Assembly (NCBI GenBank): GCA_963768655.1
Contig: CAVYIM010000006.1
Span: 224,001 to 288,000, forward strand
Origin: an uncultured Chloroflexia bacterium
Lineage (GTDB): Bacteria > Chloroflexota > Limnocylindria > Limnocylindrales > CSP1-4
Direction: 5' to 3'
DNA: 64,000 nucleotides
The position numbers were made by a program, and so were the translations under genes. The notes under the pieces are model-generated. The model worked only from the letters and a program-made list of their open reading frames with translations. It made no database searches and had not been told where the DNA came from. Positions within the stretch are counted from its first letter, which is position 1; every line of letters begins with the position of its first letter. Of the stretch, positions 46,247 through 55,918 are shown piece after piece.

Positions 46247-49200
46247 ATGTTTCGACCAGTCAGCTCCAAGCCCGATCTCGTCGCCCAGGAGCACGAGATC
46301 CTGAACCTCTGGCACGATCGCCGGATCTTCGCGCGCCTGCGAGCCCAGAATGCGGGCCACGAGCGCTGGAGCTTCCTGGACGGACCGATCACTGCCAACA
46401 ACCCGATGGGCGTGCATCACGCCTGGGGTCGCGCCTACAAGGATCTCTTCCAGCGGTTCTGGGCGATGCAGGGTCGGGATCAGCGCTACCAGAACGGCTT
46501 CGATTGCCAGGGTTTGTGGGTCGAGGTCAACGTCGAACGGGATCTCGGATTCACCAGCAAGCGCGACATCGAGGACTACGGCATCGCCGAGTTCGTCAGC
46601 CTGTGCAAGCAGCGCGTCCTCACCTTTGCCGCGCGCCAGACCGAGCAGTCGATCCGGCTCGGGATGTGGATGGATTGGAACGACCCGCACGAGCTGCGCC
46701 GGCTGCGCGATCGGCTCGCGGAGGATCCCAGCCAGCAGGTCACGATGAGGAGCACCGACGGGACCGAGGTCACCGATACGGCCGAGATGCTGGTCGGACG
46801 GCTGGGCATGCCCGAGCTGGGCGGCAGCTACTTCACCTTCTCCAACGAGAACAACTACTTGATCTGGTCGTTCCTGGCCGAGTGCCATCGCCGCGGCTGG
46901 CTGTACAAGGGCCACGACACGATGCCCTGGTGCGCGCGGTGCGGCACCGGCATCAGCCAGCACGAGATGACCGAGGGCTACGCCGACCGCCAGGACCCCG
47001 GCCTGACGATCAAGTTCCCGCTCACGGACCGTCCCGGCGAGTCGCTGCTGGTCTGGACCACGACGCCCTGGACCCTGACTTCCAACGTGGCGGCGGCGGT
47101 CGGCAAGGAGCTGCGCTACGTCAAGGTCCGCCAGGGCGACGAGGTCTACTGGCTCGGCCGCGGGACTGTCAAGCATGCCCTGGAGGGTCCGTTCCAGGTC
47201 CTGGAGGAGCGGCCGGGTCGAGAGCTGGCGGGCTGGCTGTACGCCGGCCCGTTCGACGAGCTGCCGGCCGTGCAGGAGGCATTCGCCGGCTCGGACGGGA
47301 GGCCCGCCTACGAGCACCGCGTCGTCGTCTGGGACGAGGTGGGCGAGGAAGAGGGAACCGGCATCGTCCACATCGCGCCCGGCTGCGGCGCCGAGGACTT
47401 CGCCCTGGGGAAGTCGCTCGGCTTGCCGATGATCGCCCCGCTCGACGAGAACGGCGTGGTCATCCCCGGATTCGGGCCGTACTCGGGCCGGGACGTCCGG
47501 GACGTGGCGGAGCCGATCCTCGAATCGCTGCGGCACAAGCGCCGCTTCTACCGTCTCGAGACGATCACCCACCGCTACCCGCACTGCTGGCGCTGCGGCA
47601 CGCCACTCGTCTTCCGGCTGGTCGACGAGTGGTACGTCAGCATGGGCCCGGTCTACGACAAGCCTCGCGACCAGCTGACCCCGGCCGAAGTTGACGCGAG
47701 CCTGCGCTACCAGATCATGGAATCGGTCGACCGGATCAAGTGGATCCCGGGCTTCGGGTATGAGCGCGAGATCGACTGGCTCCTGAACATGCACGACTGG
47801 ATGATCAGCAAGAAGCGCTACTGGGGCCTTGCGCTGCCCATCTACGACTGCGCCTGCGGCACGATCGGCGTCGTGGGCAGTCGCGAGGAGCTGGCCGAAC
47901 GCGCCGTCGAGGGTTGGGAGGAGTTCGAAGGTCACACGCCGCACCGGCCCTACGTGGACGCGGTCAAGATCCGCTGCGCAGGCTGCGGCGAGCCCGTCAG
48001 CCGCATCGCCGACGTCGGCAACCCGTGGCTCGACGCCGGCATCGTGCCCTTCTCGACGATGCATTACCGCTCCGAGCCGGAGTTCTGGAAGGAGTGGTTC
48101 CCCGCCGACTTCGTGACGGAGAGCTTCCCCGGCCAGTTCCGCAACTGGTTCTACTCGTTGCTGGCGATGAGCACCGTGTTGCGCCGCGAGCCTCCGTTCA
48201 AGACGCTCTTCGGATACGCCCTCGTCTTCGGCGAGGATGGCCGCCAGATGCACAAGAGCTGGGGCAACGCCATCGAGTTCGACGAGGCGGCCGAACGGAT
48301 GGGCGTGGACGTGATGCGGTGGATGTTCGCCAACGCCCGGCCCGAGGACAACATCAACTTCGGCTGGCATGCCGCGGACGAGGCGCGCCGGCGGCTGCTC
48401 GTTCTCTGGAACGTCTACTCGTTCTTCGTCACCTACGCCCGCCTCACCGGCTGGGAGCCGAGCGCCAAGGCGCCCGCCGTGGCGAAGCGCGGGCCGCTGG
48501 ATCGATGGATCCTGGCCCGGGTCGCCCGATTGGCCGGCGAGGTCGAGAGCGACCTGCGCGACTATGACGCCCTCGACGCGGGGAGGGCCATCGACGGCTT
48601 CATCGAGGAGCTGTCGACGTGGTATCTGCGGCGCTCGAGGAAGCGCTTCTCGCGCGGGGCCGATCCCGCCGACCGCGCCTCGGCCTTCGCCACGATGCAC
48701 GCGACCCTGGTGACGTTGACGCGCATCCTGGCTCCGGTCCTGCCCTTCCTGTCGGAGGCGATGTATCGGAACATCGCCGTTGCCGGCGGCGGCGCCGACG
48801 TCCCGGAGAGCGTGCACCTGACGGCGTGGCCGTCCGCCGAGCTGAGCGGCCTCAACAACCGCCAGCTCCAGGCCTCGATGGCGGTCTTGATGCGAGTGGT
48901 CGACCTGGTGCGGACGCTTCGCGGGCAGGCCGGGATCAAGGTGCGTCAGCCTCTTGCCCGGATGTGGATCGCCCTGCCCGGCCGGAAGATGGTCGAGCAG
49001 GAGGCCCTGCTGGCCCTGGCCGCCGACGAAGTCAACGTCAAGTCCATCGAGCTGATCGGCGACGAGTCGGAGCTCGTCGATCGGCGGGTCAAGCCGCTCC
49101 TGCCCAAGATCGGCAAGAAGTTCGGGGCGGCGATACCGGCAGTAATGGCTGCGGCGCGCGAGAACCGTTTCGAGCTACTGCCCGACGGCTCCGTCCGGAT

Positions 49201-49591
49201 GGGCGGCGTGACGCTCGCCCCCGACGAGGTCGAGATCCTCGCCACGCCGCGGCCCGGAACGGTGGTCGCGCACGACGAGGGTCTGGTCGTCGTCATCGAC
49301 ACCGAGCTGACACCCGAGCTGCTGGCCGAAGGCGATGCCCGCGAGCTGCAGCGCGCCATCCAGGATGCCCGCAAAGAGGCTGGGGTCGATCTCGACGACG
49401 AGGTCAGGATCAAAGTCGACGCGCCGGCCGCCGTTCGCGCAACCCTGAAGCCGTACATCGCCTCGGTCGAGGCCGAGACGCGCAGCACGATCGCTTTCGG
49501 AGTCGTCCCGCCGTCGATCGACACGATCGCGGCTGAACTCGACTCCGGTTCCGTCACGATTGGCTTGGCGGGGAAAGCCGACGCACCTTAG
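46247..49591 (+). CDS. ileS: Isoleucine--tRNA ligase, type 2-like
   Basis: DGP.TAN..GVHH, WTTTPWTL, GTGIVHIAP, DW.IS..RYWG, QMHKS.GN, C-terminal EG.ARE domain; followed by lspA. Confidence 0.96.
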   Translation: MFRPVSSKPDLVAQEHEILNLWHDRRIFARLRAQNAGHERWSFLDGPITANNPMGVHHAWGRAYKDLFQRFWAMQGRDQRYQNGFDCQGLWVEVNVERDLGFTSKRDIEDYGIAEFVSLCKQRVLTFAARQTEQSIRLGMWMDWNDPHELRRLRDRLAEDPSQQVTMRSTDGTEVTDTAEMLVGRLGMPELGGSYFTFSNENNYLIWSFLAECHRRGWLYKGHDTMPWCARCGTGISQHEMTEGYADRQDPGLTIKFPLTDRPGESLLVWTTTPWTLTSNVAAAVGKELRYVKVRQGDEVYWLGRGTVKHALEGPFQVLEERPGRELAGWLYAGPFDELPAVQEAFAGSDGRPAYEHRVVVWDEVGEEEGTGIVHIAPGCGAEDFALGKSLGLPMIAPLDENGVVIPGFGPYSGRDVRDVAEPILESLRHKRRFYRLETITHRYPHCWRCGTPLVFRLVDEWYVSMGPVYDKPRDQLTPAEVDASLRYQIMESVDRIKWIPGFGYEREIDWLLNMHDWMISKKRYWGLALPIYDCACGTIGVVGSREELAERAVEGWEEFEGHTPHRPYVDAVKIRCAGCGEPVSRIADVGNPWLDAGIVPFSTMHYRSEPEFWKEWFPADFVTESFPGQFRNWFYSLLAMSTVLRREPPFKTLFGYALVFGEDGRQMHKSWGNAIEFDEAAERMGVDVMRWMFANARPEDNINFGWHAADEARRRLLVLWNVYSFFVTYARLTGWEPSAKAPAVAKRGPLDRWILARVARLAGEVESDLRDYDALDAGRAIDGFIEELSTWYLRRSRKRFSRGADPADRASAFATMHATLVTLTRILAPVLPFLSEAMYRNIAVAGGGADVPESVHLTAWPSAELSGLNNRQLQASMAVLMRVVDLVRTLRGQAGIKVRQPLARMWIALPGRKMVEQEALLALAADEVNVKSIELIGDESELVDRRVKPLLPKIGKKFGAAIPAVMAAARENRFELLPDGSVRMGGVTLAPDEVEILATPRPGTVVAHDEGLVVVIDTELTPELLAEGDARELQRAIQDARKEAGVDLDDEVRIKVDAPAAVRATLKPYIASVEAETRSTIAFGVVPPSIDTIAAELDSGSVTIGLAGKADAP

Positions 49592-49622
49592 GCTTAGCGG
49601 AACATCCACGGAGGGCACGCAA

Positions 49623-50261
49623 CTGGACCCTGTCAAAACGCACCCTGAGCCATCCACCGACCGGCCCTCGGCCGGCGGGTCGCAGCGCCGGCGGCCCGGG
49701 GCCGTGGCGCTTTTCGCCGCGCTGGCGACGGCGATCGTGGTCAGCGACCAGTTGCTGAAGCAGTGGGTCGTGGCCAACTTCGAGCCGAACACGATCTACC
49801 CGGTGATGGGCGACTGGCTGCGCGTCGATCTGATCCACAACGACGGTGGGCTGTTCGGCCTGCTACAGGGTCAGGCTCAGGTCTTCGCCGCCGTGACGGT
49901 CGGCGTCGTGGGGCTCATAGCGTGGCTGCAGATCCGGTGGGGCTGGCGCAGCTGGCTGATCACGCTGGCCCTGGGCCTCCTCCTCGGAGGTGCGATCGGC
50001 AACTTCATCGACCGCATCCGGTTCGGCTACGTGGTCGACTTCGCCGACATCGGGGTCGGCACGTGGCGCTGGTACATCTTCAACATCGCCGACATGGCGG
50101 TGACCTGCTTCTTCCTGCTGCTGATCGGGATCTGGATCCTCGCACCCAGGCTCCTGTCGGGCGGCGAGGCCAGCCCCGGGGCCGCCATGACGCCGGGCGA
50201 CGCCCAGGGGCCGAGTCCAGCGGGAGAGCCGGGCGACGCCGAGGGGCCGGTAGCCGAATGA
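49623..50261 (+). CDS. lspA: Lipoprotein signal peptidase II (start uncertain: CTG 49623 or GTG 49704)
   Basis: DQLLK, N.GG.FG, GGAIGNFIDR, VVDF, FNIAD. Confidence 0.93.
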   Translation: MDPVKTHPEPSTDRPSAGGSQRRRPGAVALFAALATAIVVSDQLLKQWVVANFEPNTIYPVMGDWLRVDLIHNDGGLFGLLQGQAQVFAAVTVGVVGLIAWLQIRWGWRSWLITLALGLLLGGAIGNFIDRIRFGYVVDFADIGVGTWRWYIFNIADMAVTCFFLLLIGIWILAPRLLSGGEASPGAAMTPGDAQGPSPAGEPGDAEGPVAE

Positions 50262-51220
50262 GGCGGCAAACGATCGTCGTGCCTGAAACCGCTCAGGGTC
50301 GCGTCGATCGTTTCCTGGCCGACGTGTCCGGGCTTTCCCGAAGCTACGTCCAGAAGCTCATCACCGAGGGTCACGTGACGGCAGCCGGTTGCGCCATCAA
50401 GGCCAACGACGCCATCATCCCTGGCTGGGTACTGGACCTCGACGTGCCCGATCCGGTACCTCTGGAGCTCGAGGCGGAACCGATCCCGGTCTCGGTCGTG
50501 TACGAGGACGGCGACCTGCTGATCGTAGACAAGGCCGCGGGGATCGTGGTCCATCCGGCCGTGGGCCACCAGAGCGGCACGCTGGTCAACGCCCTGTTGG
50601 CGCGCGACACCGAGTACGGCGGCATAGCCGGCGTCCAACGACCGGGCATCGTCCATCGCCTGGATCGGGACACGAGCGGCCTGCTCATGGTCGCCAAGAA
50701 CGACAGGTCGCAGGCCAGCTTGATGGCGCAGCTCAAGGCGCGCGGCGTCAAGAAAACCTACCTGGGGCTCGTTCAGGGCGCGGTTGCGGCTACGACGGGG
50801 CGGATCGAGGCCCCCATAGGCCGCGATCCCAGCCATCGAACCAGGATGGCGGTCGTGCCCGACGGGCGGGCGTCGGTGACCGGCTATCGGGTGCGCGAGC
50901 GGCTGGGCGCCTGGACGCTGCTCGAGCTCGACCTCGTGACGGGCCGAACGCACCAGATCCGCGTCCACCTGGCCGCGATAGGCCACCCCCTGGCGGGCGA
51001 CCCGGTGTACGGCAATGGCACGTCGCGGCGGGGTCCGGAGGGAACGACCAGGCTGTTCCTCCACAGCTGGCGCATCGAGCTGCAGTCGCCTTCGGACGGG
51101 CACCTGATCCGAGCCACGGCACCGCTGCCGCCGGAGCTGGAGGTGGTGCTCAACGGGCTGCGGGCGGGAGCGGTGGGCTCCGTCGGGGCAGCGCCGGTCG
51201 AGGAGGGGGAGCCGGCATGA
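50258..51220 (+). CDS. rluD: RluA/RluD-family pseudouridine synthase with S4 domain
   Basis: RVD.FLA, HRLDRDTSG, TGRTHQIRVH, GD.VYG. Confidence 0.9.
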   Translation: MRRQTIVVPETAQGRVDRFLADVSGLSRSYVQKLITEGHVTAAGCAIKANDAIIPGWVLDLDVPDPVPLELEAEPIPVSVVYEDGDLLIVDKAAGIVVHPAVGHQSGTLVNALLARDTEYGGIAGVQRPGIVHRLDRDTSGLLMVAKNDRSQASLMAQLKARGVKKTYLGLVQGAVAATTGRIEAPIGRDPSHRTRMAVVPDGRASVTGYRVRERLGAWTLLELDLVTGRTHQIRVHLAAIGHPLAGDPVYGNGTSRRGPEGTTRLFLHSWRIELQSPSDGHLIRATAPLPPELEVVLNGLRAGAVGSVGAAPVEEGEPA

Positions 51221-51891
51221 CCGCGAATCCTCTCGACCGCGCCACGGATGCGGCTCGCGCGGCCGACACCGCCGCGCCGGTCATGCCATCGGACCCGCCG
51301 AACCCGATGCTCGTCATCATCTCGGGGCCGTCCGGCGTTGGCAAAGACACGATCATCGAGGCGTTGCAGCGGCGGGGCCATCTCCCGGCGTACCACTACG
51401 TCGTCACCTGCACCACCCGGCCCCGACGGGCCAACGAGATCGACGGGGTGAGCTACAACTTCCTCGACGTGTCGGAGTTCCTGGCCATGCGCGACGCCGG
51501 CGAGCTTCTGGAGGCGAACGAGGTCCACGGCAACTGGTACGGCACCCCACGCGCCGGCGTTCGGGACGCGCTCGCGCGCGGCCAGCACGCCATTCTCAAG
51601 ATCGACGTCCAGGGGGCTGAGGTGGTCAAGCGAGAGGTTCCCGGCGCCCTTCTGATCTTCGTCCTGCCGCCGTCCATGGAGACTCTCGTCGAGCATCTCA
51701 AGGCTAGACGCACCGAATCGGCCGAGCAGCTGGAGATTCGCCAGCGCAACGCGGCGCTGGAGCTTGCCCGCAAGGACGATTACGACTACGTGGTGGTCAA
51801 CCAGGAGAATCGAGTTGACGCGACGGCGGAGAACATCGAGCAGATCATCACTCAGGAAGAGCGGCGCGGGCCGCGCCAGGTGATCGTCTGA
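51217..51891 (+). CDS. gmk: Guanylate kinase
   Basis: GPSGVGKDT, TTRPRR.NE.DG, YGTP, IDVQG. Confidence 0.96.
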   Translation: MTANPLDRATDAARAADTAAPVMPSDPPNPMLVIISGPSGVGKDTIIEALQRRGHLPAYHYVVTCTTRPRRANEIDGVSYNFLDVSEFLAMRDAGELLEANEVHGNWYGTPRAGVRDALARGQHAILKIDVQGAEVVKREVPGALLIFVLPPSMETLVEHLKARRTESAEQLEIRQRNAALELARKDDYDYVVVNQENRVDATAENIEQIITQEERRGPRQVIV

Positions 51892-51902
51892 GGAGACCGA
51901 CG

Positions 51903-54581
51903 GTGGACTCGGTCTGGGGAGGGCTGAAGGAGTCGGGCGCATCTGCCGAGCCCGAAAGTGGGCCGTCGGAGCATGGCGCCGGCGCCATGTCGCAGGCCGC
52001 CGAAGGTGGGGCGGGAGGCGAGGATGGAGCGGGTTCGGTGGCGCCGCCAGCGGATGTCTCAGCGGGCGCCGACGTAGGGCCAGGCGCCGCCGGTGCCGGA
52101 CCGGTCGAAGTCGCGGTCGATGCCCCCGGCGCGTCGCGGACATACACGTATGTGCTGCCCGCTCGACTGGCCGACATCGCGGCCGGTGAGGCGGTGCTGG
52201 TCGAGTTCGGTCGGGGGCGGCAGGCACTCGGGGTGGTGATCGGGCCCGCCGTCGGGGATCTGGCGGGCGAGGCGAAGCCCGTCCTGGCACGAGTCCGGGC
52301 CGATGGGCCCCTGCTGCCGGCGTTGTCACTGGCCTTCGCGCGTTGGATCTCGGAGGAGTACCTGGCGCCGCCCGCCGCCGTCCTGCGGTCGATGCTGCCG
52401 CCCGGGATGCTCGAACGTCTTGACCTCGTAGCGGAGCGGCTTCCGGTGCCGGTCGGCGCCGTGGCCGAGGAGACGCTGCGTGCCGCGGCGGTCGATCGGG
52501 CGGAGACGGAGCTGCTCGAGAGACTGGCGAATGGGCCGCGCGCCGTCCGTGACCTCGAAGGCGAAGATGGGCCAGCGGCCGCCCTGAGGCGACTGCGGGC
52601 CATGGCTTCGCGCGGCGTGGTGCGGCTGGAATGGACGCTGACGGCCGCTACGGCAGGTCCACGATACGAGCGCTGGCTGGCGCTGACCGCCGAGGGGAGG
52701 GGAGTGGCAGGCGGTGGTGCGGGCGGCCAAGCGGATGTCGGGGTGGGCGACGAGGCGGGCATCAGGGCGGCCGTACCCGGTCCTCGGCTGGGGCCCCGGC
52801 AACGAGCGCTGCTGGCCGATCTCGCCGCTGCCGGAGAGGGCGGCCTGGCCGGCCCCGCGGCTGCGGAGCGCCACGGGCCGGGAACGGCAACGAGCCTCGA
52901 ACGGCGGGGCCTGGTGGTAGCCGAGTTGCGCGAGAGGCCGCGCCGTCCGCTCGACAGGCGGAAGCCCGGGCGGCGCGGGACCCGGCCTGAAGGGGCGGCC
53001 CTCACGGCCGCACAGCGGGCGGCGCTCGAGGGCATAGTGGCCGCCGTCGTCGACAGGGACGCGACGCCGCTGCTGCTCGAGGGAGTCACGGGCGCGGGCA
53101 AGACGACCGTCTACGCCGAGGCGATCGCCGAGACTCTGATGACCGGCCGGCCGGCCCTGGTCCTCGTGCCGGAGATCGCGCTGGCGATGCCGCTCGTCGA
53201 CCGGCTCCGGGCGGACCTCGATGCCGAGATCGCCATCCTGCATTCGGGGCTGGGAGATGGTGAGCGTGCGGACGAGTGGCGCCGAATTCGAGCGGGCGGC
53301 GCGGACGTCGTCGTGGGAACGCGAATTGCCCTGACCGCGCCGCTGGCCGACATCGGCCTGATCGTCGTCGACGAGGAGCACGACGCCGCGTACAAGAGCG
53401 ACCGTACCCCGCGCCTGCAGGCTCGCGATGCCGCCCTCGCCCTGGCCCGCCTCGCCGGTGCGGCGGTGGTTCTCGGCAGCGCGACACCGTCGGTGGAGAG
53501 CGTCGGCCGGGCCAGAGAGGGTCGCTACCGCCACGTGGTGCTGCCGGAGCGCCCCAGCGGCGCGCCGCCCCGGGTCGAGGTCGTAGATCTTCGGGCCGAG
53601 CTCGCGGCCGGCAATCGCGGTCTTCTGTCCGGCCCCCTGAGGGCGGCCCTGGCAAACCTGCCGGAGGGCGAGCGTGCGATCCTCGTTCTCAATCGCCGCG
53701 GCACGGCCTCGGTCGTGGTCTGTCGCGACTGCGGCCACGTGCAGCGCTGTCCCGAGTGCGAGCGAACCCTCGTCTTCCACCAGGCCGGCGTGACCCTGCG
53801 CTGCCATCACTGCGGGACCGCGACGCCGCTGGCGACCCGCTGTCCCGTCTGCCGTTCGCCCCGCATCCGCTACCTCGGCGGTGGCACCCAGCGGGTCGAG
53901 GAGGAGGTCAAGGCCGCATTCCCGCATCTTCGGGTCGGCCGCCTGGACCGCGACGTCGCCGAGCGCAAGGGCGCCGTCGAGCGTGTCCTCGACGCCTTCG
54001 CCGAGGGCCGCCTGGACGTCCTGGTCGGCACCAGCCTGGTGGCCAAGGGTCTCGACGTCGCCGAGGTGACGCTCGTCGGCGTCGTCTCGGCCGACGTCGC
54101 CCTCAACCTGCCCGATGAGCGAGCCGCCGAGCGCACCTATCAGCTGCTGACCCAGGCCGTCGGCCGCGCCGGTCGCGGAGAGCGGCCCGGGCGGGCCATC
54201 ATCCAGACGTACCTGCCCGACCACGCCGCGATCCAGGCCGTCGCCACTGCCAGCGCCGCCGCCTTCTACGATGCCGAGCTGGCCATTCGTCGCCGATTCG
54301 GTTCGCCGCCTTTCGGGCGGCTGGTCAAGCTGACCGTCGGGCTGCCCGACCATCTGGCGGCCGAGCAGGAGGCCGCCGCAATGGCCGATCGACTGCGGGC
54401 TGCGGCCGTGTCGCGCGGCCTTGCGGTCACGGTTCTCGGGCCGGCACCGGCCTACATCGCGCGCCGCTCGGGCCGCTGGCGCTGGAACGTGGTGCTTCGC
54501 GGCGATCGGCCGCTCGAGCTGCTCAATCCTTTGCCGGGCGCTGCCTGGTCGATCGACGTGGACCCTGACTCGCTGCTGTAG
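51903..54581 (+). CDS. priA: Primosomal protein N'
   Basis: GVTGAGKT, DEEHD, GSATPS, four CxxC, GRAGR, IDVDP. Confidence 0.96.
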   Translation: MDSVWGGLKESGASAEPESGPSEHGAGAMSQAAEGGAGGEDGAGSVAPPADVSAGADVGPGAAGAGPVEVAVDAPGASRTYTYVLPARLADIAAGEAVLVEFGRGRQALGVVIGPAVGDLAGEAKPVLARVRADGPLLPALSLAFARWISEEYLAPPAAVLRSMLPPGMLERLDLVAERLPVPVGAVAEETLRAAAVDRAETELLERLANGPRAVRDLEGEDGPAAALRRLRAMASRGVVRLEWTLTAATAGPRYERWLALTAEGRGVAGGGAGGQADVGVGDEAGIRAAVPGPRLGPRQRALLADLAAAGEGGLAGPAAAERHGPGTATSLERRGLVVAELRERPRRPLDRRKPGRRGTRPEGAALTAAQRAALEGIVAAVVDRDATPLLLEGVTGAGKTTVYAEAIAETLMTGRPALVLVPEIALAMPLVDRLRADLDAEIAILHSGLGDGERADEWRRIRAGGADVVVGTRIALTAPLADIGLIVVDEEHDAAYKSDRTPRLQARDAALALARLAGAAVVLGSATPSVESVGRAREGRYRHVVLPERPSGAPPRVEVVDLRAELAAGNRGLLSGPLRAALANLPEGERAILVLNRRGTASVVVCRDCGHVQRCPECERTLVFHQAGVTLRCHHCGTATPLATRCPVCRSPRIRYLGGGTQRVEEEVKAAFPHLRVGRLDRDVAERKGAVERVLDAFAEGRLDVLVGTSLVAKGLDVAEVTLVGVVSADVALNLPDERAAERTYQLLTQAVGRAGRGERPGRAIIQTYLPDHAAIQAVATASAAAFYDAELAIRRRFGSPPFGRLVKLTVGLPDHLAAEQEAAAMADRLRAAAVSRGLAVTVLGPAPAYIARRSGRWRWNVVLRGDRPLELLNPLPGAAWSIDVDPDSLL

Positions 54582-55236
54582 TCGTTTCGCCGGGTGCGGC
54601 GGGAGCGGGACCCTGCGCCTGCGCCGGGCCGGAATCCGCGGCCGGCCGGGGAGCCACGACCTTGTACCACTGGTGCTTTCGGACCACGCTTCGCGCCAGC
54701 AAATCGTGGATGCCTGTGCCCTTTCCACCCCTCTGCGTGCTGACGATCAGTTCGGCGAACCAGGCCACGAACAGGACGGCGCTGGGCCACAGAAGGGCCG
54801 GGATCGTGGATGCCATTCCGGGAAAGGTCCAGCCGTAGAGGGCCAGCCACCGGATCGCGGACTGCTGCCACGACAGAGCATTCGGCACCTCGAGGTCGAA
54901 GACGCGCAGGCCTAGGAGCCACTGCCCCAGCGTGCCGCGGGCGAGTCGCCAGAGCGGAATGGCGTAGAGCGCGGACGCTATGGCGAGCAGCAATTGGAGC
55001 CACTGGGGCGGAATGTAGGTGCCGCTGGCCGTGACCACGGTCCCGTCTACGTCGGTCCAGCTGCCGTTTCTCGGTTGTGAGACCCCGAGCAGGGTGGCAA
55101 CGACGAGCACAACAGCAATCAGCAGGGCGAGGTCGATCAACCAGGCCGACAACCGGCGCGCCAGGGAGGCACGGTCCCATGCTTCCTGCCTGACGTAGTT
55201 GCGCTTCTGTGGTCTTGGGCTCCTGGACGACGCCAT
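54523..55236 (-). CDS. RDD family membrane protein
   Basis: RRLSAWLID, TLGQWLLGLRV, GIHDLLA; 3' end overlaps priA by 59 nt. Confidence 0.8.
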   Translation of the reverse strand: MASSRSPRPQKRNYVRQEAWDRASLARRLSAWLIDLALLIAVVLVVATLLGVSQPRNGSWTDVDGTVVTASGTYIPPQWLQLLLAIASALYAIPLWRLARGTLGQWLLGLRVFDLEVPNALSWQQSAIRWLALYGWTFPGMASTIPALLWPSAVLFVAWFAELIVSTQRGGKGTGIHDLLARSVVRKHQWYKVVAPRPAADSGPAQAQGPAPAAPGETTTAASQGPRRSTRQRPAKD

Positions 55237-55396
55237 CTTTGGTGCGGCTCCTGCTTGTCCGGCATTCTGATCCGGCCGTCGTCGGGGCGGTCTCAGAAAC
55301 CATAGCGCACCACAGCCCGGGCGGGCGCTTGCCGTCGTTTCGACTACCCGGAACGGGCGGCTACCCTCGCCACGGCGCTCGGTATACTCTGCGGCC

Positions 55397-55918
55397 ATGA
55401 GTGTCCGACCAATCGTTCTTCTCGGTGATCCCCGGCTGCGCATGAAGGGCGAGCCGGTCGACAGCTTCGGCAAGTACCTCCACGAGCTGCTCGACGATCT
55501 CACCGAATCGATGCGACATGCTCCCGGTGTCGGCCTTGCCGCGCCGCAGATCGGGGAGGCGAAGCGAGCCTGTGTCGTCGAGGTCGCTGGCCAGCTGCAT
55601 GAGCTGGTCAATCCGCGCATCGTGCGGGCGGACGGCGACAACCGTGACCTGGAGGGATGCCTCTCGATCCCCGGTTACGTGGCCTACGTCACGAGGCGCG
55701 AGAAGATCTGGGTCGTGGCCCAGAACCGGCACGGCAAGAAGATCAAAGTTGCCGGCAGCGGTCTCCTGTCACGGGGGATGCAGCACGAGATCGACCACCT
55801 GGACGGCAAGCTCTACATCGACTACCTCAACTCGCTCGATGATCTGATCTCGACCGAGGGCGGCGACGACGAGGACGAGGATGGTCTACCGGCAGCCGCG
55901 CGCACCGCCGTAGGGTGA
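55397..55918 (+). CDS. def: Peptide deformylase
   Basis: GVGLAAPQIG, EGCLS, QHEIDHLDG. Confidence 0.97.
   Translation: MSVRPIVLLGDPRLRMKGEPVDSFGKYLHELLDDLTESMRHAPGVGLAAPQIGEAKRACVVEVAGQLHELVNPRIVRADGDNRDLEGCLSIPGYVAYVTRREKIWVVAQNRHGKKIKVAGSGLLSRGMQHEIDHLDGKLYIDYLNSLDDLISTEGGDDEDEDGLPAAARTAVG

Noticed and set aside
46220-48817. 865-aa antisense ORF, and similar long ones at 52326-54728, 13256-15355, 26567-28615 and 1128-2786
   Set aside because: Shadow ORFs opposite well-supported genes; high GC3 suppresses antisense stops; no motifs
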